DNA of 32,000 bases from Chitinimonas arctica (GTDB lineage: Bacteria; Pseudomonadota; Gammaproteobacteria; Burkholderiales; Chitinimonadaceae), in assembly GCF_007431345.1 (NCBI RefSeq), contig NZ_CP041730.1, positions 163,651 through 195,650 on the forward strand. Direction: 5' to 3'. The first letter of the stretch is position 1; each line of letters opens with the position of its first letter. The position numbers and the translations under genes were made by a program. Below the pieces are notes generated by a model. That model ran no database searches. It was not told the origin of the DNA and was given only the letters and a program-made list of their open reading frames with translations. Shown one piece after another: positions 24,928 through 32,000 of the stretch.

Positions 24928-27900
24928 CTAAAAACTTTTCGTCATGCACTTGTTGTAGTTAGTCTCGCACGTCGTCATGGCATCCGTATCCACGGAACCA
25001 TCTGGTGCGTTTGCCTTTCCATAACAGGCTGTTCTATCCTGATGACAGCAGAGTGTCGGAGTACGCGCGCAGGCACCCCTTACATTAACCTTGCATTGCT
25101 GTTGAAGCTTCCCATTTAGCCATGCCCAGCCACAATAATCGCGTTTGCATTCTTGATAGCGCGGGGCATCATCACCCGGGTCATAAGGTTTTTTCGGCTC
25201 CCTCGGTAAATCAAAATGCGCACCCGGCTCCATGGATTTACATCCAATACCACCACGCGTGCATTGAATTTCCAGACCAAACGGATCGACAAACAACAGC
25301 GGGTTTGCACCGACATAAAGGTAAGTGTTGCTCCCTCCAGCCAAGCCAATCGGATCGGACTGGATATAGCGTCCAGAAGCCGGATCATAGTCCCGGAAGT
25401 AGTTATAGTGCAGACCGCTTTCGACGTCATAGTACTGCCCGTCGAAGCGGAGGTTGTAGACAAACTTACTGCCAGTCTTCGCGGGGTCTTGGTTGGGTTG
25501 AACCGTGCCGAATCCGTCACTATCCCAACGCCACACGACCTTGTTGGCGGTATCTGTTACCACCCGTGGCGAGCCAAGCTCATCCGGCTGCACATAAAAG
25601 ACGGTTACACCTGCGCCATTCGGTCGCAGCGTTGCAACCGGCAGGTTCTCCAGCCAAACCGTTTCTTGTACCAACTTGCCCGCCGCATCATATTCGCCCA
25701 ATAGATGACCTTGCAGATCGTAGACAAACAGACCGCCGGTTTTGCTAAACCGCTGACCTAGGCCGTTGTATTGATAGTTGGTCGTAACGCTGCCCTTCTT
25801 GACGGACACCATGCGTCCGCGGCTGTCGTAAGTGAAGGTGCGTGTCGCATCCTTCACGATGCTGCCGGCAGCATCGACGCTGATCGGAGAGACGACGCCG
25901 GTAGCGACGTTGGTGATGGCATTCAGCTTGTTGCCGCTGTAGTCATAGGTGTTACCGCTGCTACCGCTCTCGTCCGGCGCCCAGCTCAGTCGATTGCTAT
26001 TGCCATCGTACGCATAAGTGAAGTTACGCCCCGCATTGCTTTTTTCCCAGACCAAGCGGTCCAATTCATCGTACGCGAATGTTTGGTTGCGCTTGCCATC
26101 GAGCACATCAACAATGCCGGTTAGATTACCGACGGCATCGCGTTCCAGTTTGCGCGTCAAGGCGCCCTCGGAGCTGATATTGACCAATTGTCCAGCCAAA
26201 TCGAACAAACGCTGATGGCGCTTTCCATTGGCCCAAGACCAAGCCATCGGTATTTTACTCAGGGGCAGCCAACTGAGATCACTGATGATGGCAGTGCCAT
26301 TCACGCTCACACCATTTGGCTGGCTTTGATTCGAAGCATAATTGAAGCCAATGACTTGACCGGAGGGGGTAGTGAGACTGTTTAGCCTACCCGCCGCATC
26401 CCGATTATAACGGGTAGTTAGATTAATACTCCCTACCGTTTGCGTCAGCAAATTGATTTGCCCAAGCCCATCGTAGCCAAAACCAACCGTGGCGCCACCA
26501 CCGACAATGCTGCTTAGCGCACCAATACGCGCCGAGTCGTAAGTATAATTTATGAGGGGACCACCAGCGTAACTGATGCTCGCCACACGTCCGATCACAT
26601 CGTAGGTGTAAGTGCTGACTTTACCACGGGCATCGGTCCGAGTTTTGATCAAACCGTTTGGTAGGTAAGTATATTGCTCAATACCCGTATCGGGACTTTG
26701 TCTTTTTAGCGTCTGGCCCAGGCCATTGACCGTATAATTTGTGCTCTGCCCATCTGGCGTAATGACGCTGGCTATCTGGCCAAGAACGTTATAGCCAGAG
26801 AGGATGGAATTCCCATCGGGACGTGTCGAACTAATTAGTGAATTCAATCCATCATAAGCGTATGTATTGCTTCGACCAAGCGCATCGACCTGATCAATGA
26901 GATTACCGTTGGCATCATAGCTGAAGCGGGTGACCTTCCCCAGTCCATTGCTGATTGAGTCGAGCTTTCCCGTCAATGGATCGTAAGTGAAGATTTGTTT
27001 CGTGACGACGCCCAAAGCATTAGTTCGACTTTCGGTCAATGGCCGACCTGCGTTATCCAAGGTGTAGGCGATACGCCCTCCGGTGGCATCTTGGATAGTA
27101 GTTAGTCGATCTGCGCTGTCATAAGTAAAGCTAGCGCTTCCGCCATTTGGCCGCGAAACCGAAGCCAATTGTCCATGTAACGTGTATGTGTAAGTCGTGC
27201 GGCTACCATTGGTGGTCAGCTCAATGAGACGACCAAGGTCGTCGTAAACATAGCTCGTCACCTCGCCGGTGGGGGCCGTGATACGGAGAGGACGGCCATG
27301 CGCATCGTTCTCGTTAATCGTCCAGGTATGATCCAGGGCATTAGCAACGCTAATCAACGCACCGCTGTTGTCATAGCTGTAACGCGTCTTGCCGGTGCGG
27401 GGGTCGGTGACGCTCGTCACCCGACCGGCCGCATCGTGGGTATAGGTCCACGTCTGGCTTTGTCCACCCGCAGTCATCGTTTTCGTCAGCGAATTGCCTT
27501 GACCGTCATAGGTATACGTCACTTTGTTGAGTGGCGTGTTCAGTTCCAGCAATTTGCTCTGCGTACTGTCGGTCCGTTCGGTGCTCACCAAACCGTTTGG
27601 ATAGGTCGTGGTAACCAGCGTGCCGGTACTGTCATATTTGCGGCTGGTGGTATTGCCATTGAAATCCGCGTAAGTATTCGGCCGGCCGATATTGTCGTAC
27701 CCGATGGTCCGCGCGGATCCATCGCTTCGCGCAATGGTTGTCGGTTGTAGCGCGCCCTTTTTTGCGAAGGTGAAGCTGCGCGCAACCCCGCGTGCATCGG
27801 TCAAGACACGGCTGCCGTCACCGCTATCCACCAACGTGGTCGTACCAAGTCCATCGGGGCCGCTGACCGTACTGACCAACTTAGCCGGGGTATAGCTAAT

Positions 27901-28842
27901 CTTTTCAATCAGCGCCCCAGCTGCGTCGTCAACCTGAGTTAGCAGCTGCGGTGCACCTTCATGATGATACTGATATCGCTCGCCGCTCCCCGCCGGACCG
28001 TAAACGGCGGCCAAGTTGCCTATCGTATCGTAGCTATAATTGAGTACATAGCCGCCAGGTCCAGCGATCTGGCGCAGCGCCCCATTGGCTTGGTAATAAA
28101 ACGAAAGTACCCGCCCGCCCATCGACGTGACCGTAGCGAGATTGCCGGCCGGATCATAATCGAGGTTGGCGCTCCAGCCGTTCGCCTGGGTAAAGGCGCT
28201 CAACTTATACACGTTGCCGGGTCCCGTCGGCTTGAATGTCTGCACCCTGCCATCGCGCCACGTCACTGTATAAGCCGCACAATTGCTGACCACTTGATTA
28301 ATCGCCGTCAAGTTTTCAGGATTGGGGGCTGGGGTAGAATCGCTGTTGGTCTCGGTCGGCGCGATGCACTCGACCGACGCCTTGCGATCACTCATGACTC
28401 TCCACGGGCCGGTGGCAGTATCGCTGCTAAGCATCAATTGCTCGCCCTGCGCCCCAAAGATCACGGCTCGGCCCGGCCAATTGAAGGTCCGCGTTTCGTA
28501 ATAAGTGGTCGGCTGGCCGTCCGACTCCCGAATCTTGTAGAACGGCCCATAGGTATGCGTAAAACGCGTATATGGTCGGATCAGGAACAACTGCTCGGTG
28601 AGGAATGGCAAAGTCCAGCCGGGATTCCCCAATGCACCAGCGGGTACCTGGAAGGCGGCGTGTGCATTTGCACTACTATAAGTTCTAACCAAGGAAAGCT
28701 CGGGTTCGGCTACATTCTCGTAATCGACGACGGAATGACTGTAGCTCGCGTTGGCGGGATGAATGGCCGCAAAAGTGGAGACTGGCAACGCGGCAACGGC
28801 AAATACTTTCGCCACAGCGAAAGCAGGAAAATTCAACTTCAC
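24928..28842 (-). CDS. Sec-exported RHS/YD-repeat protein with RHS core boundary motif and cysteine-rich C-terminal tail
   Basis: GTG 28842 preceded by AAGGAAG. N-terminal signal-like MKLNFPAFAVAKVFAVAALPVSTFA; many YD repeats (YDALGRxxxxxx.. e.g. RYSYDNSGALISVANALDHTWTINENDAHGRPLR); RHS-core end DSDGFGTVQPNQDP...YNLRFDGQYYDVESGLHYNYFRDYDPASGRYIQSDPIGLAGGSNTYLYVGANPLLFVDPFGL, then an unrelated tail. Confidence 0.92.
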   Translation of the reverse strand: MKLNFPAFAVAKVFAVAALPVSTFAAIHPANASYSHSVVDYENVAEPELSLVRTYSSANAHAAFQVPAGALGNPGWTLPFLTEQLFLIRPYTRFTHTYGPFYKIRESDGQPTTYYETRTFNWPGRAVIFGAQGEQLMLSSDTATGPWRVMSDRKASVECIAPTETNSDSTPAPNPENLTAINQVVSNCAAYTVTWRDGRVQTFKPTGPGNVYKLSAFTQANGWSANLDYDPAGNLATVTSMGGRVLSFYYQANGALRQIAGPGGYVLNYSYDTIGNLAAVYGPAGSGERYQYHHEGAPQLLTQVDDAAGALIEKISYTPAKLVSTVSGPDGLGTTTLVDSGDGSRVLTDARGVARSFTFAKKGALQPTTIARSDGSARTIGYDNIGRPNTYADFNGNTTSRKYDSTGTLVTTTYPNGLVSTERTDSTQSKLLELNTPLNKVTYTYDGQGNSLTKTMTAGGQSQTWTYTHDAAGRVTSVTDPRTGKTRYSYDNSGALISVANALDHTWTINENDAHGRPLRITAPTGEVTSYVYDDLGRLIELTTNGSRTTYTYTLHGQLASVSRPNGGSASFTYDSADRLTTIQDATGGRIAYTLDNAGRPLTESRTNALGVVTKQIFTYDPLTGKLDSISNGLGKVTRFSYDANGNLIDQVDALGRSNTYAYDGLNSLISSTRPDGNSILSGYNVLGQIASVITPDGQSTNYTVNGLGQTLKRQSPDTGIEQYTYLPNGLIKTRTDARGKVSTYTYDVIGRVASISYAGGPLINYTYDSARIGALSSIVGGGATVGFGYDGLGQINLLTQTVGSINLTTRYNRDAAGRLNSLTTPSGQVIGFNYASNQSQPNGVSVNGTAIISDLSWLPLSKIPMAWSWANGKRHQRLFDLAGQLVNISSEGALTRKLERDAVGNLTGIVDVLDGKRNQTFAYDELDRLVWEKSNAGRNFTYAYDGNSNRLSWAPDESGSSGNTYDYSGNKLNAITNVATGVVSPISVDAAGSIVKDATRTFTYDSRGRMVSVKKGSVTTNYQYNGLGQRFSKTGGLFVYDLQGHLLGEYDAAGKLVQETVWLENLPVATLRPNGAGVTVFYVQPDELGSPRVVTDTANKVVWRWDSDGFGTVQPNQDPAKTGSKFVYNLRFDGQYYDVESGLHYNYFRDYDPASGRYIQSDPIGLAGGSNTYLYVGANPLLFVDPFGLEIQCTRGGIGCKSMEPGAHFDLPREPKKPYDPGDDAPRYQECKRDYCGWAWLNGKLQQQCKVNVRGACARTPTLCCHQDRTACYGKANAPDGSVDTDAMTTCETNYNKCMTKSF
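24931..25272 (-). other. 114-aa variable C-terminal (putative toxin) domain of the RHS protein
   Basis: Sequence after DPFGL: EIQCTRGGIGCKSMEPGAHFDLPREPKKPYDPGDDAPRYQECKRDYCGWAWLNGKLQQQCKVNVRGACARTPTLCCHQDRTACYGKANAPDGSVDTDAMTTCETNYNKCMTKSF; 11 Cys. Confidence 0.65.
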
Positions 28843-29061
28843 TATTTCTTCCTTGGAATATTTCGAACACGCCAGTACCGCATTACAAAGATTGCAATGT
28901 ATTAGCTAGTAAAGACATCTAACGCTTTACCGAAAAACAACCCCATCCGCTCATTGCCCATAAACGAGCGCAACAAGGTACCTGGCTGGGCACACGCACC
29001 AACCAGAGAGCAATCGAAAAAGGGAACAGCCGACTCGCCTACCCAGAGCGGCCGGTACTTT

Positions 29062-29102
29062 ACCATAAAACAAAAAATATGCAAGTATTTCAATACCTTG
29101 CA
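29062..29102 (-). terminator. Candidate intrinsic terminator between gspG and rhs
   Basis: Minus strand TGCAAgGTATTgaAATACTTGCA (one bulge) followed by TATTTTTTGTTTTATGG. Confidence 0.4.
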
Positions 29103-29377
29103 AGCGAGCAACAGGCATTGAAATCTCTTGAAAAGTCGCCTACACAAGGCCTCTGCCGGGTTTGGGGTCCAGTAAAAAGCGAGGCCTGCAACACGCTTGA
29201 TCCAGGAGGGGGAGGGATGAATGTCCTATGCGACGCGCTCAACTTGGGGGTTAGGAATTTCCCTGGCCCATGCCGCTGGGCCCCTCCCTCGCTGACACAT
29301 GCCCACAAGTACCAGCAGGACAAATAAGCGGATTTTTAAAATTGCAGAGATAAATAAGCCACTTTGAATTGTCTTGA

Positions 29378-29423
29378 AAAAACATCCCCTGCGTTGACAA
29401 GGCTAGCGCTCGCCTCAACGCAT
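29378..29423 (-). terminator. Candidate terminator downstream of gspG
   Basis: Minus strand TGCGTTGA-GGCGAGCGCTAGCCTTG-TCAACGCA (perfect 8-bp arms, inner GGC/GCC pairing) with a T6 tract 7 nt downstream. Starts 32 nt after the gspG stop. Confidence 0.45.
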
Positions 29424-29454
29424 ATAGACGAACCCAGACGTCCCAACGCTTTAT

Positions 29455-29886
29455 TCACTTAGCCTCGACGCTGTCCCAATTGGTCACATCGGCATCGTCG
29501 CCGCTACCGCCAGGCTTACCATCCTTGCCATAAGCGACAATATCGGCATCGCGCCCTTGGTCGCCGGGCGACTTGTAGACATAGGCATGACCCCAGGGGT
29601 CGGCCGGTACGCGCTTCTTCAGGTACGGACCGCGCCAGTTGCCTTCATTGGCTGGTGCCGCCACCAGCGCAGCCAGGCCTTGCGCGGTGGTCGGGTAGCT
29701 GCCGACATCGACCCGGTATTGGTCGAGCGCCTTGTCGAAACCGTCGATTTGCGCACGGGCGACCTGGGTTTGCGATTTGCCGATCTGCGAGAAGTACTTG
29801 GGACCGACGAAACCGGCCAGCAGGCCGATGATCAGCAGGACGACCAGCAGTTCAAGTAAGGTAAAACCAGCGTGTTTGGCTCTCAT
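29455..29886 (-). CDS. gspG: GspG-type major pseudopilin
   Basis: MRAKHAGFTLLELLVVLLIIGLLAGFVGPKYFSQIGKSQTQVARAQIDGFDKALDQYRVDVGSYPTTAQGLAALV...WRGPYLKKRVPADPWGHAYVYKSPG...DADIVAYGKDGKPGGSGDDADVTNWD, a canonical GspG. ATGA overlap with the upstream gene. Confidence 0.97.
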   Translation of the reverse strand: MRAKHAGFTLLELLVVLLIIGLLAGFVGPKYFSQIGKSQTQVARAQIDGFDKALDQYRVDVGSYPTTAQGLAALVAAPANEGNWRGPYLKKRVPADPWGHAYVYKSPGDQGRDADIVAYGKDGKPGGSGDDADVTNWDSVEAK

Positions 29887-30377
29887 TTTCGGCTTTTTTC
29901 CGGTTCGGTCGGGGCATCCGGCCCCGTATCGGGTTGATAGATAAACTGCCAATCTCGGTAGTGCTTGGCGCCCTTGAAACTTGCCAGCTCAGTTGGAAAG
30001 CCATCGATCTTCTGCGGCGCCTGCATGGAGAGGGAGTACACCCCCATGATGCCGCCACTGGGGGCCGGTACCAGGCCCCACTCCTGCGTGGCGCGGATCG
30101 GGTCACGGTACAAGCGGCGCAATGGCCGCTGCGGCCGAAGTGGGCGCTGGTCCAACAACAATACGTCCAGCGTGGGCGGATAGCGCACGCTGCCGCTGCC
30201 ATTGCGGTAATAGGCACGGATAGCAGCTTGGTAGGCCTGGCCGACATAGAGCAGCTCGGCTTCACGTTCACGCAGCTCGGCCGTACGGCTATTCTCCAGC
30301 GCGCGCGTGGTCAGCACCGCCAGGATGGCGACCAGGAACAACGCAACCAAGTAGCTGAAGCCCTGCTGGCGCCGCAT
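29883..30377 (-). CDS. Pseudopilin-like protein (type IV pilin N-terminus)
   Basis: MRRQQGFSYLVALFLVAILAVLTTRALENSRTAELREREAELLYVGQAYQAAIRAYYRN...; TGATG overlap with the upstream gene. Confidence 0.8.
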   Translation of the reverse strand: MRRQQGFSYLVALFLVAILAVLTTRALENSRTAELREREAELLYVGQAYQAAIRAYYRNGSGSVRYPPTLDVLLLDQRPLRPQRPLRRLYRDPIRATQEWGLVPAPSGGIMGVYSLSMQAPQKIDGFPTELASFKGAKHYRDWQFIYQPDTGPDAPTEPEKSRK

Positions 30378-30748
30378 CACCAGTCCTTGAACCAGCTTTT
30401 GTCACGTGCTTGGCCGGGCGCCGCACTGCGAACGTCGGCGATAGCGCCGGTACCGCTCTCGGTCGGTGCAATCGGCAGCCAGCTCTCCTTGCTCTGCGTC
30501 AGCGGGTCGATCGGGATGCGGCGCAGGTATTTATGGTCGACCAAGTCTTGCAGCGTTTCAGGGTATTTGCCCTTGTCGGCGTAAAACTTATCGATGGCAT
30601 CGCGCAGCAGGTACAGATCCTCGCGCAGCACATCCTCCTTGGCCCGGTCCAGATTGCCGAAATAGCGTGGCGCGGCCAGCGACAGCAGCGTGGCGATGAT
30701 GGCCAAGGTGACCAGCAATTCGATCAGGGTAAAGCCCTTGGTGCGCAT
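30377..30748 (-). CDS. GspG-like pseudopilin
   Basis: MRTKGFTLIELLVTLAIIATLLSLAAPRYFGNLDRAKEDVLREDLYLLRDAIDKFYADKGKYPETLQDLV; preceded by AGGGAG. Confidence 0.88.
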   Translation of the reverse strand: MRTKGFTLIELLVTLAIIATLLSLAAPRYFGNLDRAKEDVLREDLYLLRDAIDKFYADKGKYPETLQDLVDHKYLRRIPIDPLTQSKESWLPIAPTESGTGAIADVRSAAPGQARDKSWFKDW

Positions 30749-30750
30749 GC

Positions 30751-31251
30751 TTACCACTCCCTGTAGGCCACGCCGTTCAGGCCGGTCTGCGTGGAGAGCG
30801 AGTAGACGTCGAACACATCGTCGCCGGCCAACGGCTGGTCCGGCGGCGAGTCGAATCGGCGCATGCCCCAGGTCTGTTCGGCGGGCGTACTGGCGGTCGG
30901 ATAGAAGGGATCGCGCGGCAGGCGGCGCAGGAAATACAGCCGCGCGCCGCCCGGCGCCTTGGCATTCGGCACCCCGGCTGCCAAGGCGACGAGCGTGGGT
31001 GGATAGCCATTCTGGCTGCCGGAGGCATCTACCGGGACAATGCGCCCATCAGCCGTGGCGGCTTTATAGGCATCGATTGCCTGACGGATATCCCGCAGCG
31101 CGCGGCGCAGCTCGTGTTCCTTGTGCCGCTTGAGCGTGGTCTGCGCTAAAGGCATGGCCATGGCCGCCAGCGTGGCGATAATGGCCAGCGTGGCCAGCAG
31201 CTCGATAAAGCTGAAACCGCCCGCACGGCTGGAAGAAAGTCGGCGCGGCAT
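30751..31251 (-). CDS. Pseudopilin-like protein
   Basis: MPRRLSSSRAGGFSFIELLATLAIIATLAAMAMPLAQTTLKRHKEHELRRALRDIRQAIDAYKAA. Confidence 0.85.
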   Translation of the reverse strand: MPRRLSSSRAGGFSFIELLATLAIIATLAAMAMPLAQTTLKRHKEHELRRALRDIRQAIDAYKAATADGRIVPVDASGSQNGYPPTLVALAAGVPNAKAPGGARLYFLRRLPRDPFYPTASTPAEQTWGMRRFDSPPDQPLAGDDVFDVYSLSTQTGLNGVAYREW

Positions 31252-31253
31252 GA

Positions 31254-32000
<747 letters not shown>

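Noticed and set aside
25036-25272. Phospholipase A2 identity for the RHS tail
   Set aside because: Cysteine spacing is only loosely similar; the catalytic His-Asp of CCxxHDxCY is not in register (CCHQDRTACY). Kept only as a hint in the findings.
24928-28842. T6SS cargo interpretation of the RHS protein
   Set aside because: No PAAR/VgrG/DUF4150-type N-terminus, no neighbouring vgrG or EagR chaperone; the N-terminus looks like a Sec signal peptide instead.

Overview
The window is bacterial chromosomal DNA, high-GC, proteobacterial by gene content and probably betaproteobacterial or Neisseriales-like (inference).

Left half (1-15.8 kb), ordinary core and signalling content:
- the C-terminal end of a YfiR/DUF4154-like protein
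- a HAMP/PAS sensor histidine kinase
- a single-domain response regulator
- a REC-PAS-degenerate GGDEF-EAL-REC protein
- an alpha/beta hydrolase (minus strand)
- a membrane GAF-PAS-GGDEF-EAL protein
- mfd, a bcp-type peroxiredoxin, and a PIN-PhoH ATPase
- an orphan ParA-like ATPase translationally coupled to an exported TPR protein

Right half (15.9-32 kb), minus strand: a type II secretion / MSH-like pseudopilus operon made of a secretin with a C-terminal cohesin-like region, three pseudopilin-like genes, gspG, gspF, gspE, and a PilM/GspL-like and a PilN-like gene.

This operon carries accessory insertions. The most interesting is a ~5.7 kb AT-richer island between gspG and gspF. It encodes a Sec-exported, PAAR/VgrG-less RHS/YD-repeat protein with a 114-aa, 11-cysteine C-terminal tail. 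Two short co-oriented genes follow it, one membrane and one exported Cys-containing, and are candidate immunity or partner proteins. Two terminator-like hairpins lie between gspG and rhs.

A second insertion, a DUF416/YjaG-like gene, is flanked by a ~110-120 bp imperfect direct repeat of the 3' end of the PilN-like gene. Next to it is an exported Sel1-repeat gene broken by a single in-frame TAG codon. A lipoprotein trypsin-like protease with an unrecognised N-terminal region follows.
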